Shown here piece by piece: positions 30,294-39,876 of a stretch of 64,000 nt of DNA (the stretch's first letter is position 1; every line of letters begins with the position of its first letter). The translations under genes and the position numbers were made by a program. Below the pieces are notes generated by a model. That model was not told where the DNA came from and searched no databases. It was given only the letters and a program-made list of their open reading frames with translations. This DNA is from Candidatus Fraserbacteria bacterium (GTDB lineage: Bacteria > Bipolaricaulota > Bipolaricaulia > RBG-16-55-9), in assembly GCA_037443265.1 (NCBI GenBank), contig JBBIOR010000006.1, positions 12,896-76,895 on the forward strand, in the 5' to 3' direction.

Positions 30294-31919
30294 ATGGGTT
30301 GCGGGGTTGTGGGGGTTCTTCCCATCCAGAACGTAGAGACGCGTGAGGCTCTCATCTTGGCCATCGAGCTTCTGGAAGACTGCCGAAACCGCGGGGAAGA
30401 CGGCACGGGACTTCTGCTTTACGGCCGAGGCCTCTTCCCTCAGCTCTTTCATCTCGAAAAGTGGTTCGGCTCGGCCTATCAGATTCCCCAGCACCTCTAC
30501 GAGCTGAATCTCTCTCATCATCCTGAGGTGCTTCTGGGACATACCCGCTATGCGACCCGCGGGGTCATCTCCGAAGAGAACATCCATCCCGTCTGGGCCA
30601 GCTTTGCTAACCCCGAGGGCGAGATCCACCTCTTTCTGGTCATGAACGGGGAGATCTCATTTACGGAGCGCTGGATTAAGCAAGCGCAGGCTCAGGGTAT
30701 CAACCTGCATGGCTCGACGACAGACACGGCCGGCTGCGCGGGCCAGATCCTCAAGCTCTATCTGGCTCAGCGCCATCTGCCGGCCGCTCTCACGGAGTTC
30801 TATAAGCAGGCTTTCCCGTTCGGGGGCTTCACGGTCTTGGGATTGCTCATCGACGACGAAGAGGGCTTCTTTTTCTATCTGAGAGACGGGATGCGCCCGC
30901 TCCACTCTGCGCAATCTGAGAGATTTTCGCTCTTCGTCTCCGAGACGAAGCCGCTCACCCGCTTGGGATTTCGCTATGAGGAGATCGAAGTCATCCCTGC
31001 CGGCTCTGTGGGCATCTACTCGCTGGGGGAGAGGCGCTGGGAGCGGCTCGATATGAATAAGATTTTGAAGGGCCGGGCCAGCCGCGGCGAGTGCTCCTTC
31101 GAGTACGCGTATTTTCAGGAGCCCAACTCGATCATGCACGGGGTGAGCATGGATCAGCTCCGCACGGAATTTGGCAAGGCTGCCTGCCGGGAGCATCCGC
31201 CTCCGGATAAAAAAAATCCCGTGATCGTGACACCCATTCCCAAATCGGGGATTAGCGCGGCCTATGGCTATGCCGAGCAGGCCCTCCGAGATGACCGGGA
31301 CGTGCGCTTAGGCGCGATCGTACTCCGCCGGGGGGGCAGCGAGACCCGCTCGTTTTTGGGCGAAGGCCGCTCGGAGATCGTAAGGCGCCTTAAGAAGAAA
31401 TTCGAGATCAACACGCAGGAGGCCAAAGGCGCTGTTGTGATCAACGTAGATGACAGCATCGTGCGCGGCAACGTCTCCGCGTGGATCGCGCAGCAGGAGC
31501 GCGCGGCGGGCGCGCGGGAGGTGCGCTTTATTTCTGCCTGGCCGCCCATCATCGGGCCGTGCTATGCGGGGATTGCCATCGACGTGGGCCAACCTCTGGC
31601 GGGAATCGTGGCTGAACTGGAGCCCCTGCAGCTGGCAGAGGACCACAGACCCCTGGAAGAGAAGCTCAAGGAGGGCTATGAGCATGAAGAATTTGGAAGG
31701 GTTCACTTTGATGACGCGGGCTACGTCAGCCCCAAGGCCGTGACGGATATTCTGAAGAAGCTCGTCCCGGGGGATTTCTGCACCGGTTGCTTCTCCGGGC
31801 TGTACAACTACATTCACCCTCTCAATATTCTGGGCAAGCCCTATCGCTATGCGAAGTGGCTGGATGAGTTTATTAAGCTCAACGGGGTGGAGATGCCGGA
31901 GGAGGGCGATCCCTCCTGA
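30294..31919 (+). CDS. purF: Amidophosphoribosyltransferase-like protein (divergent PurF, Fe-S type)
   Basis: N-terminal CG, RG, GHTRYAT, NG, CSFEYAYF, VDDSIVRG, PCYAGI, CTGCF. Confidence 0.75.
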   Translation: MGCGVVGVLPIQNVETREALILAIELLEDCRNRGEDGTGLLLYGRGLFPQLFHLEKWFGSAYQIPQHLYELNLSHHPEVLLGHTRYATRGVISEENIHPVWASFANPEGEIHLFLVMNGEISFTERWIKQAQAQGINLHGSTTDTAGCAGQILKLYLAQRHLPAALTEFYKQAFPFGGFTVLGLLIDDEEGFFFYLRDGMRPLHSAQSERFSLFVSETKPLTRLGFRYEEIEVIPAGSVGIYSLGERRWERLDMNKILKGRASRGECSFEYAYFQEPNSIMHGVSMDQLRTEFGKAACREHPPPDKKNPVIVTPIPKSGISAAYGYAEQALRDDRDVRLGAIVLRRGGSETRSFLGEGRSEIVRRLKKKFEINTQEAKGAVVINVDDSIVRGNVSAWIAQQERAAGAREVRFISAWPPIIGPCYAGIAIDVGQPLAGIVAELEPLQLAEDHRPLEEKLKEGYEHEEFGRVHFDDAGYVSPKAVTDILKKLVPGDFCTGCFSGLYNYIHPLNILGKPYRYAKWLDEFIKLNGVEMPEEGDPS

Positions 31920-31954
31920 GGGGCCAGCTAGACCTCCTCAAAACGCTGGAAGTC

Positions 31955-32395
31955 GTGCTCATAGCGACCCTGCTCTTTGGGGCTTGGGGGGCCGAGGAGG
32001 CAGGGGCCTTCGTTCGGGTGGGAGCGGGCCTAGCCGTTGTAGGTGACAGCTTTGCGCCTCTGGGGCGCGTGGTGGTGGATGTGCTCCCTCTTTGGTTCAT
32101 CACCCTCTCAGTCGATGCGGAGTATTGGCTCTTCTCCGCGAGTAGCCATCAGCTGTTGCCGTTCATGGCGCTGAGCCTGCCGCTCATCTTTCCAGTGACT
32201 CTTGGAGCGGCTCCGATTGTGACTCTCTCCTCTCAAGGCGTGGGCGTCGTGCCGGCGACCCTGGCGATCAAGGGGGGATTGGGCCTGTTCGTGGGGCCTT
32301 TTGGGGTCTTTGGGGAGATGCTCGTCATCGTGTCGGCTCCGCAGTCTTTTGTGGACGGGATCTTCTTCGCGGCCGGGGTGACCGTGGGTCTTTAG
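31955..32395 (+). CDS. Exported hydrophobic protein, probable small beta-barrel
   Basis: Signal-like N-terminus, repeated beta-strand-like segments, ends FFAAGVTVGL; true start may lie slightly upstream. Confidence 0.6.
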   Translation: MLIATLLFGAWGAEEAGAFVRVGAGLAVVGDSFAPLGRVVVDVLPLWFITLSVDAEYWLFSASSHQLLPFMALSLPLIFPVTLGAAPIVTLSSQGVGVVPATLAIKGGLGLFVGPFGVFGEMLVIVSAPQSFVDGIFFAAGVTVGL

Positions 32396-32397
32396 CT

Positions 32398-35052
32398 TCA
32401 CTGCTTTGAGCAGGTGGAGCAGCGGTCTACGATCTCTGTCATGATCTCACGGTACATGCGCTGCAAGAAGGCGTGGCGGTCCTCGAATTTAATGAGATCG
32501 CTTCGGCCCTGCATCACGATGTGGAACGCGAAGGGACTGGGATGCGGGACGATTCTCCCCGCGATCTCAATCTCGCCTCGGCGGATCTCATCGAGGATCT
32601 GCTCCGCGTGTATTACGTCCATGGCGTCTTCCATCACTTCCCGATAGGCCTCCCATAAGATGGGGAAACGATCATCCAGCGCTTCGACGGCACTTTGCAA
32701 GAGCAGGGCCTTCATCTGCTGGCTGCCCACGGATTTCCTGTGGCCCTTGTAGTTTTTCAGGATCATCAAGGCCCGCGTGGCACAGTGCCGAAACCGCCGC
32801 TTGAGGATCTCGGTGTGGCCGAGCGCGTCTTTGAGCACGGAGCGCAGATCCCGCTCTCTTAGGAGATCGAAGGCGGCCATCACCCGCACGCTCCCCTCAT
32901 AGGCCAAATAGAACCCATGATCCGTGATGCCCACCTCGACGTCTTTGTCTTCGCGGCGCGCAATCAGCCAGGCGAGCGCTCGACTCAAGGCGTCATTGAC
33001 CCTGCGTCCGAAGAGCGTGTGGAAGATCACCCAAGTTTTAACGGGGCTCTTCCAGCGTTCGGGAAGGAGCTCTTCTTGATAATATTCGATCAAGATCTTG
33101 TGCCGGTGGGGGATCTCGGCGTAGCGGTGCTGCTCGGCGAAATAGCGATAGAGCGATTCCACCCCACGTTCGTCCAGATATAAATGGGCTCGAAGGAAGG
33201 CCTTGATCTCCTCGGGGGGGCGGCCTTCCTCGAACATCTGGGCCACCCTGAGGCGGAATTCTTGAATGTCGAGGGCCAGGTCGAAGCTGAGCGGAAGCAT
33301 CTCGGAAAACCACGAAGGCACCGTGGGGCTCTTCCCATAGGCCGGGTCCACTTGGGCCGTCATGCCCCGCGAGTATTTGAATTTATAGGTATCTCCGCCC
33401 AGAACGAAAACATCTCCCTTGCGCAGCATCTCCAAGAAAGACTCTTCGATGCTGCCGATCCGTCGCTCACCGGACTTTACGGTCACGTACGACTCGTCCG
33501 GGATCGTGCCCACATTGGTGAGATAGAGCACGCGTGCCAGCCGCCCGCGCTTCCCGATCAGGCCCTGGTTGCGGTCATAGTAGATCTTGGCATAGACGCG
33601 CCGATCTTCGAGCGAAGCGTACTCTCCGGCGAGATATTCGAGAACCCGCTCGAAGTCTTGGCGTGAGAGATCGCGATAGCTATAGCTGCGGGTGACGAGC
33701 TCATAGAGATCCTCGACGCCTCTGGGGCCGTCGAGCAAGATCCCAAAGATCTGCTGCGCCAGCACATCTAAACAGTTCTGCGGGATGTGGATCTGGTCGA
33801 GTCTGCGTTCCACGGCGCTTCTTAGCATCACGGCGCACTCCACAAGATCATCGCGATCCGTGACGACGATTCGGCCCTTGATCGTGTCGTGGAGCTTGTG
33901 GCCGCTTCGGCCCACGCGCTGGAGGGCCCGCGTCACGCTCTTGGGAGAGCCTAAAAGAATCACGAGATCGACGTAGCCGATGTCAATCCCAAGCTCCAGG
34001 GAAGTAGAGGAGACCACGACCCGCAGGTCGCCGCTCTTTAAGCGATTCTCGATCTCCCATCTCAGCTCTTTGGAGAGGGAGCCGTGATGGGCCCCAATGA
34101 ATTCAGAAAGCTTAGGGTAACGCTCTTTTAAGAAGTGCACCACGCGCTCCGTGCCTGAGCGCGTATTGGTGAAGATGAGCGTGGTGCGATGCTCGTCGAT
34201 TAGGCGGGCCAGAAGCCCATAGAGATTGCCGTGCAATTCCTCCGTCGAACAGTGGATGAAGTCTTCGACGGGGCTGAGCACTGTAAGATCGAGTCTCTTA
34301 TCGAAGCGGGCGTCCACGATCCAGCAGTCGCGCCAGGGGTCTTCGCTGGGGGCGACCTCCGCTAGGCATTGCCCGTATCTGCGTCCGACGAGAAATCTGG
34401 CGACTTCTTCTAGGGGACTGATGGTGGCCGAAAGCCCTATGCGCGTAAATTCTGTAAGCTCGCTGAGCCGCTCCAGCGAGAGCGTAAGGTGCGCCCCGCG
34501 CTTGTTCTCCGCGAGCGCATGGACTTCATCGACGATCACCCAGCGGACGTTCCGAAAGTGTTGGGAGAACTCCCTTGAAGAGAGGGAGATGGCGAGCGAT
34601 TCGGGCGTTGTGATCAAGATATGCGGGGCCTGAAGGAGCATCCGTTGCTTGTGGCTTGTGGGTGTATCACCAGTGCGCACAGCGACGCGAATGCCCAGTG
34701 CGCGTCCGGCGATCCGAGTGATTCCCTCCAGCGGTTCATTCAGATTCTTCTCGATGTCGTTGCCCAAGGCCTTGAGCGGCGAGATGTACACGCCATAGAT
34801 GCGATTCTCCAGCTCATCTCGTTCGGCCAGGGAGATGAGTTCGCTCAGGATCGTCAAGAGGGCGCTCAACGTCTTGCCTGAGCCCGTGGGGGCTGAGATC
34901 AAGCAGTTCCTCCCCTGATGAATCAGAGGGATGGCATAGCACTGAGGAGGGCTGAAGCGTTCAAAGCGCTGCCGAAACCAAGCACGCACCCACGGGTGCA
35001 GGAGCGGATACAGCTCTTGGTCTTCATAGGCCACCGTCTGAAAGCGGATCAT
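32398..35052 (-). CDS. lhr: Lhr-family ATP-dependent helicase
   Basis: APTGSGKT, SPLKAL.ND, TTPESL, DEVH, KRG, GLSAT, HHGSLS, SLELGIDIG, QRVGRSGH. Confidence 0.92.
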   Translation of the reverse strand: MIRFQTVAYEDQELYPLLHPWVRAWFRQRFERFSPPQCYAIPLIHQGRNCLISAPTGSGKTLSALLTILSELISLAERDELENRIYGVYISPLKALGNDIEKNLNEPLEGITRIAGRALGIRVAVRTGDTPTSHKQRMLLQAPHILITTPESLAISLSSREFSQHFRNVRWVIVDEVHALAENKRGAHLTLSLERLSELTEFTRIGLSATISPLEEVARFLVGRRYGQCLAEVAPSEDPWRDCWIVDARFDKRLDLTVLSPVEDFIHCSTEELHGNLYGLLARLIDEHRTTLIFTNTRSGTERVVHFLKERYPKLSEFIGAHHGSLSKELRWEIENRLKSGDLRVVVSSTSLELGIDIGYVDLVILLGSPKSVTRALQRVGRSGHKLHDTIKGRIVVTDRDDLVECAVMLRSAVERRLDQIHIPQNCLDVLAQQIFGILLDGPRGVEDLYELVTRSYSYRDLSRQDFERVLEYLAGEYASLEDRRVYAKIYYDRNQGLIGKRGRLARVLYLTNVGTIPDESYVTVKSGERRIGSIEESFLEMLRKGDVFVLGGDTYKFKYSRGMTAQVDPAYGKSPTVPSWFSEMLPLSFDLALDIQEFRLRVAQMFEEGRPPEEIKAFLRAHLYLDERGVESLYRYFAEQHRYAEIPHRHKILIEYYQEELLPERWKSPVKTWVIFHTLFGRRVNDALSRALAWLIARREDKDVEVGITDHGFYLAYEGSVRVMAAFDLLRERDLRSVLKDALGHTEILKRRFRHCATRALMILKNYKGHRKSVGSQQMKALLLQSAVEALDDRFPILWEAYREVMEDAMDVIHAEQILDEIRRGEIEIAGRIVPHPSPFAFHIVMQGRSDLIKFEDRHAFLQRMYREIMTEIVDRCSTCSKQ

Positions 35053-35414
35053 GGCCAGCGCAGGATCTTCAGCCCCACGCGCGCGGTGCCCTTTTCGATC
35101 ATCCCCAGCTCCTGCGCCGCGGCATACGAGAGATCGATGATCCGCCCGGGGATAAAGGGCCCTCGATCATTGATGCGCACAATGACGCTGCGACCCGTCT
35201 CCAGATCGACCACTTTAACGATCGTGCCCAAGGGCAGCGTCTTATGGGCTGCCGTCAGCGCGTTCATGTCGTAGATCTCTCCGCTGGAGGTTCTTTTGCC
35301 ATGGAAGCCTGGGCCATACCAGGAGGCGATCCCGACTTGGTCATAGCTTAGATGCTGTGCCAGCCCCAGCAGGAGGAGGAGCACAGCGGCACTGATAATT
35401 AAAACTTCGCGCAT
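35049..35414 (-). CDS. rlpA: RlpA-like double-psi beta-barrel protein
   Basis: GIASWYG, TAAHKTLP, VRINDRGPF, IIDLSYAAA. Confidence 0.92.
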   Translation of the reverse strand: MREVLIISAAVLLLLLGLAQHLSYDQVGIASWYGPGFHGKRTSSGEIYDMNALTAAHKTLPLGTIVKVVDLETGRSVIVRINDRGPFIPGRIIDLSYAAAQELGMIEKGTARVGLKILRWP

Positions 35415-35506
35415 CTTGGATCTCTTAGGAGCAACGCCTCAAGGCGTGCTCAGCGATTGTAGTGCGGGGCATAAAGAGGTGCAACCATTCCATCGGGTGC
35501 GGGATT

Positions 35507-35962
35507 TTAAAATAGGCTCACGATGCGGTCGAGCAAGACGTGCAAGATGTTGGGAAGGTAGAGCCCGGCTCCCAGGGTGAGCCACGCCCGCTCGGTGAGC
35601 CAAAGGGGAGTCCCTTGAGGCAGCGCGAACCCCAAAGCGCCCAGCCCCACGAGCACCAACGCGAAGACCAGCCCCAAATACGCCAGACGAGTCAGAGGCC
35701 CCAGGATCAAGCTGTGGCTTAGGCCGCGATGCTTGAAGATTTTATAATAAAAAATCCAGAGGAAGCCTAAGAGTCCCCAGCGCCGTCGGGAGCTGTTGTG
35801 CCGAAGATCCAAATCTGGGCTGAGCAGCAGGCTGGCCAAGAGATAGGCTCCGGCAAATAGAAGAAGCTCCGGCCAGCTGGGCTTAAAGAGATAGTAGAAG
35901 CCGGCCACGAAGAACGGCCCCAGGAACAACTCAACCGCGGCATGCGTCTTCCCCGAAGGCAT
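35507..35962 (-). CDS. DUF2227-like metal-binding membrane protein
   Basis: MPSGKTH, LSPDLD, HRGLSH, LHVLLD. Confidence 0.85.
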   Translation of the reverse strand: MPSGKTHAAVELFLGPFFVAGFYYLFKPSWPELLLFAGAYLLASLLLSPDLDLRHNSSRRRWGLLGFLWIFYYKIFKHRGLSHSLILGPLTRLAYLGLVFALVLVGLGALGFALPQGTPLWLTERAWLTLGAGLYLPNILHVLLDRIVSLF

Positions 35963-36032
35963 ACTGGCAATGGGAAAGATAACGGAATAAGATCATAGGG
36001 CCTAGGGCATCGGTCACCTCCATCGGCGACCC

Positions 36033-36089
36033 TTGACGCCCTAGGCGGCATCCGCTACAATCTTAGCAATCAACTCTTGTGAGTGCTAA
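36033..36089 (+). promoter_or_regulatory. groESL promoter with CIRCE (HrcA operator)
   Basis: TTGACG-17-TACAAT, then TTAGCAATC-N9-GAGTGCTAA (36063-36089), one mismatch to the CIRCE consensus. Confidence 0.9.
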
Positions 36090-36129
36090 ATAACTCCAGA
36101 TTTCTGAATGGACCGCGAAAGGAGGAGGG

Positions 36130-36411
36130 ATGGCTAGGAAGCTCAAGCTGCGACCCCTGGGCAGCCGGGTGCTCGTCCGGGAGGTCAAAGAGGAAGAGAA
36201 AGGGGGGATCGTCCTCCCGGAAGATGTCGAGACCGATCGGGACTATCTGAAGGCTGAGGTGGTCGAGATCGGGACCGAATCGGAGAAGATTCAAGTCAAG
36301 AAGGGCGATCGGGTGCTTCTGGACGGCTTCTCCGGCAAGAAGCTGGAGATCGACGGAGAAGAATATCTGATCGTCAAATCCAGCGACATTCTCGCGGTGG
36401 TTGAATCGTAA
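36130..36411 (+). CDS. groES: Co-chaperonin GroES
   Basis: LRPLGSRVLV, GGIVLP, VKKGDRVL, DILAVV. Confidence 0.93.
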   Translation: MARKLKLRPLGSRVLVREVKEEEKGGIVLPEDVETDRDYLKAEVVEIGTESEKIQVKKGDRVLLDGFSGKKLEIDGEEYLIVKSSDILAVVES

Positions 36412-36432
36412 AGAGAACGGAGGAGGAGGAGT

Positions 36433-38055
36433 ATGCCCAAGAAGTACAAGGAAGTCATCTTCGATGATGAAGCACGGGAGAGGCTGAAGAAGGGGATCGA
36501 GCGGCTGACGAACGCGGTGCGCATCACGCTGGGTCCGCGCGGCCGCTACGTCATCCTCGCCAAGGAGTTCGGGGCTCCCAAGGTCGTCGACGACGGGGTC
36601 ACCATCGCCGAGGAGCAGGAATATCTCGACGAATTTGAGAACATGGGGGCCCAGCTGCTCAAGCAAGTCGCCAAGGAGACGGAGGACGTAGCCGGGGATG
36701 GCACGACCACGGCCACCATCTTGGCCCACGCGCTCATCACCGAGGGGATGAAGAACATCACCGCGGGGGCCAACCCGATTCAGCTCAAGCGCGGCCTGGA
36801 GAAGGCCGTCGAAGTCGTAGTCGAGGAGCTCACCAAGGCGAGCAAGGAACTCAAGACCAAAGAAGAGATGGCCCGCGTGGCCACAAACTCCGCCCACGAC
36901 GAGGAGATCGGCAGGATCATCGCTGACACCATGGATAAAGTGGGCAAAAACGGGGTCATCACCGTGGAAGAGTCGGACACGATCGAGACCTACTATGAGA
37001 TGGTCGAGGGGATGCAATTTGACCGCGGGTACCTGAGCCCCTACTTCATCACCAACGCGGAGAAGATGGAGGCCGAACTCAAGGAGCCCTACATCCTCAT
37101 CACAGACCAGGAGCTCAAGAAGGCCCGCGATCTGGTGCCCGTCCTGGAGAAGGTGGCCCAGACGGGTAAGCCCCTGCTGGTCATCGCCGAGGACGTCGAG
37201 GGCGAGGCACTCACCACTCTGGTGATCAACAAACTCCGCGGGACTCTTCAGAGCGTGGCGGTGAAAGCCCCGGGCTTTGGGGATCGCCGCAAGGCCATGC
37301 TCCAAGACATCGCCATCCTCACCGGTGGCCAAGTCATCGCCGAGGACGCGGGCATGAAGGTCGAGAACGCCACCCTCGATATGCTCGGACGAGCGGAGAA
37401 AGTGATCGTCACCGACGACGACACCACCATCATCGGAGGCAAGGGCAGCAAGAAGGAGATTGAGGGCCGCATCGAGCAGATCAAGAAGCAGATGGAGAAC
37501 ACCGACTCCGACTACGACCGGGAGAAGCTGCAAGAGCGGATGGCCAAGCTCGCCGGTGGGGTGGCGGTCATTAAAGTGGGCGCACCGACGGAAGCGGAGC
37601 TGGAGGAGAAGAAGCACCGCATGGAGGACGCCTTGGAGGCCACGAAGGCTGCCGTCGATGAAGGGATCCTCCCTGGTGGGGAGGTGGCGCTACTCAATGC
37701 CGCCAAGGCGCTGGAGAAGCTCAAGCTAGACGACGATCAACAGATTGGCGTCCGGCTGCTCAAGAAGGCGCTGGAGGCCCCCCTCAAGCAGCTGGCGGAG
37801 AACGCCGGATACGAGGGCAACATCGTCGTCGAGAAGGTCAAGACGCTGGAGAAGGGCATGGGCTTTGACGTGGTCACGGAGCAGTATGTCGACATGATGA
37901 AGGCGGGGATCATCGATCCGACGAAGGTCCTCAAATCTGCCGTGCTCAATGCCGTAAGCGTCGCCGGGATGATCCTCACCAGCGGCGCGTGTGTGGCCAT
38001 CAAGGAGATCGGCGAGGACAAGCAGATGACTCCGCCGACTCCCGACATGTACTAA
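36433..38055 (+). CDS. groEL: Chaperonin GroEL
   Basis: [41 protein letters not shown]. Confidence 0.97.
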   Translation: MPKKYKEVIFDDEARERLKKGIERLTNAVRITLGPRGRYVILAKEFGAPKVVDDGVTIAEEQEYLDEFENMGAQLLKQVAKETEDVAGDGTTTATILAHALITEGMKNITAGANPIQLKRGLEKAVEVVVEELTKASKELKTKEEMARVATNSAHDEEIGRIIADTMDKVGKNGVITVEESDTIETYYEMVEGMQFDRGYLSPYFITNAEKMEAELKEPYILITDQELKKARDLVPVLEKVAQTGKPLLVIAEDVEGEALTTLVINKLRGTLQSVAVKAPGFGDRRKAMLQDIAILTGGQVIAEDAGMKVENATLDMLGRAEKVIVTDDDTTIIGGKGSKKEIEGRIEQIKKQMENTDSDYDREKLQERMAKLAGGVAVIKVGAPTEAELEEKKHRMEDALEATKAAVDEGILPGGEVALLNAAKALEKLKLDDDQQIGVRLLKKALEAPLKQLAENAGYEGNIVVEKVKTLEKGMGFDVVTEQYVDMMKAGIIDPTKVLKSAVLNAVSVAGMILTSGACVAIKEIGEDKQMTPPTPDMY

Positions 38056-38079
38056 CGCCTCACCTGAGGGTGTGAAGCT

Positions 38080-38116
38080 TCCCTCTGCGACGCTATAATC
38101 CAGCGTCGCAGAGGGA
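38080..38116 (+). terminator. Perfect 15-bp inverted repeat after groEL
   Basis: TCCCTCTGCGACGCT-ataatcc-AGCGTCGCAGAGGGA, followed by TTCTT. Confidence 0.75.
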
Positions 38117-38125
38117 TTCTTAATT

Positions 38126-38992
38126 ATGGGCAGACCCGTCGTAGGCTTGGCCCTAGGAGGCGGAGGAGCCCGAGGGTATGCTCACTTGGGCGTCATTCGA
38201 GTCTTAGAAAGACACCAGATTCCCATGGACGTCATCGCCGGGACGAGCATGGGGGCGGTCATCGGCGGGGCCTACGCCTGCGGCGTGGATCTGACGAAGC
38301 TGGAGCAGATTCTAAAGACGCTCGACCTGAATCGCTTGCTGCGCCTCCCGCGCAACTCCGTTCGCGGTATCCTGGGCAACACCGCCTCGGAATATCTTTT
38401 TAAGCGAAGGGATTGGCGCCAGCAGGATCTCGCGGGCACTCGGGCGCTCATCGAGTTTTTTCACGTCTTCACGCGCGGGCAGAGCTTTGCGGAGCTGAAG
38501 AGGCGCTTTGCGGTCGTGGCGGTGGACATCGACACCGGCGAGCAGGTCATCCTACAAGAGGGGCCGGTGGCGCGGGCGGTGGCTGCGGGGGTCACCATCC
38601 CCGGCCTCCACTACCCTGTGCGCTATCAAGATCGCTTTCTCATCGATGGGGGACTGGTCAATCGGGTGCCGGCCGATGTGGCCTTCTCCATGGGGGCAGA
38701 GGTCGTCATCGCCGTCGATGTCAGCACTGCGCTGGAGAAGCCGGAGGCTCTGACCAGCGTGGAGGTGCTCCTGCAAGCTGAGAGCATCCTCCTGCGGGAG
38801 ATGACCCGGCTGAGGCTCGAGCTGCTTCGGCAGCGCGTCGGCTCCCGGCTCTTCATCTTAGAGCCCCCGGTCCAGCGCGTGAAGACCCTCGCGCTTGAGG
38901 AGCTCGAGCCCCCCATTCGCGCGGGTGAAGAGGAGACCCAGCGCCGCATCGAAGAGATTCAAGCGCTCATCGCGCGCTACACCTCCTCCTGA
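38126..38992 (+). CDS. Patatin-like phospholipase
   Basis: GGGGARG, GTSMG, DGG. Confidence 0.92.
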   Translation: MGRPVVGLALGGGGARGYAHLGVIRVLERHQIPMDVIAGTSMGAVIGGAYACGVDLTKLEQILKTLDLNRLLRLPRNSVRGILGNTASEYLFKRRDWRQQDLAGTRALIEFFHVFTRGQSFAELKRRFAVVAVDIDTGEQVILQEGPVARAVAAGVTIPGLHYPVRYQDRFLIDGGLVNRVPADVAFSMGAEVVIAVDVSTALEKPEALTSVEVLLQAESILLREMTRLRLELLRQRVGSRLFILEPPVQRVKTLALEELEPPIRAGEEETQRRIEEIQALIARYTSS

Positions 38993-38995
38993 GGA

Positions 38996-39634
38996 CTAGG
39001 GCTTCTTGCGCGAGTTTTCCGCCTTAGGGGTCCCGTTAATCGGGTTGCCGTCTTTGTCCTTGCCGTTGCGAGACTTCCCATCGTTAGAGGCCCAGTTGTC
39101 ATCCGCATCGGCCCTCTCCGCGTTCACGCGCTCCATGCTGGCGTAGGGCACATCGCCTTGGGCATCTGTTCCGGCGGGCCATTCGCCTCCGTTGCCGTTG
39201 GCGGTGTCGATAATTCTGCCCTGGGCGTCCTTGAGCACGAGCGTCTCACCGGTGTTCTGGAGCGCTCCGGTGTAGATCAGATCTGCCGCCATGTCGCTGA
39301 TGGTCTCATCGTCGGAGCGCTCCAGAAGATAGAACCCGCGGCCGGGGATGAGCGTGCGCCGGACCTCTTTCGTGTTCTCTTGGGCGGACCCAAAGTGGAT
39401 GATGATCTGATTCTCTCCCTCGCCCCAGCTGAGGGTCCATCCCCTAAGATCGATGTCGCGGCCGGTGTTGTTGCGCAGCTCGATCCACTCGTCGGCCGAG
39501 CTGGCAGCCGTGCCCATCCAGGCGATCTCGTTGATGGCCACCTCCGGACTTGGGGCCTGAGCCGTCCCCTGCCCGGGAGACCAGATCGCCAGTAAACCGA
39601 ATAGCAACGCGGCGATGAGGAGCTGGATCGCCAT
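38996..39634 (-). CDS. Secreted lamin-tail-domain protein
   Basis: Signal peptide, INEIAW, EWIELRN, DLRGWTL, L.N.GE, S.ER, GTP; SD AAGGAG. Confidence 0.85.
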   Translation of the reverse strand: MAIQLLIAALLFGLLAIWSPGQGTAQAPSPEVAINEIAWMGTAASSADEWIELRNNTGRDIDLRGWTLSWGEGENQIIIHFGSAQENTKEVRRTLIPGRGFYLLERSDDETISDMAADLIYTGALQNTGETLVLKDAQGRIIDTANGNGGEWPAGTDAQGDVPYASMERVNAERADADDNWASNDGKSRNGKDKDGNPINGTPKAENSRKKP

Positions 39635-39675
39635 GTTGACCACTCCTTTGTGAATTATATTTTCTGTGTGTCTAT

Positions 39676-39704
39676 ATTATATATGCTAACACATAGGAAG
39701 TCAA
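39676..39704 (-). promoter_or_regulatory. Promoter of the lamin-tail gene
   Basis: TTGACT-17-TATAAT on the minus strand in an AT-rich patch. Confidence 0.7.
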
Positions 39705-39789
39705 GTATGGCTGTATATATAATTCCTCTGGACGCACCCTCGGGGAGGGCGTATACGGCTCGATGAGCCCTTTCCAGCGCGTGATCGCC

Positions 39790-39818
39790 TTGACAGTCCT
39801 TGGGAGCCTTCCTATAAT
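39790..39818 (+). promoter_or_regulatory. topA promoter
   Basis: Perfect TTGACA-17-TATAAT. Confidence 0.8.
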
Positions 39819-39876
39819 GTCCGGGCATTGAAGAGATCTTGCTCTTGAATTCAAGGCTCTGAGGGGAGGTCCACGC

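Noticed and set aside
36070-37617. 515-aa antisense ORF over groES/groEL, and other long shadow ORFs (111-632, 16393-17571, 6804-7478)
   Set aside because: Antisense or alternative-frame shadows of well-supported genes in GC-rich, codon-biased DNA.
39655-39725. AT-rich patch resembling Firmicute dif (ACTTCCTA..) or an origin
   Set aside because: Explained by a TTGACT-17-TATAAT promoter; no TTATGT arm and no DnaA-box cluster seen.
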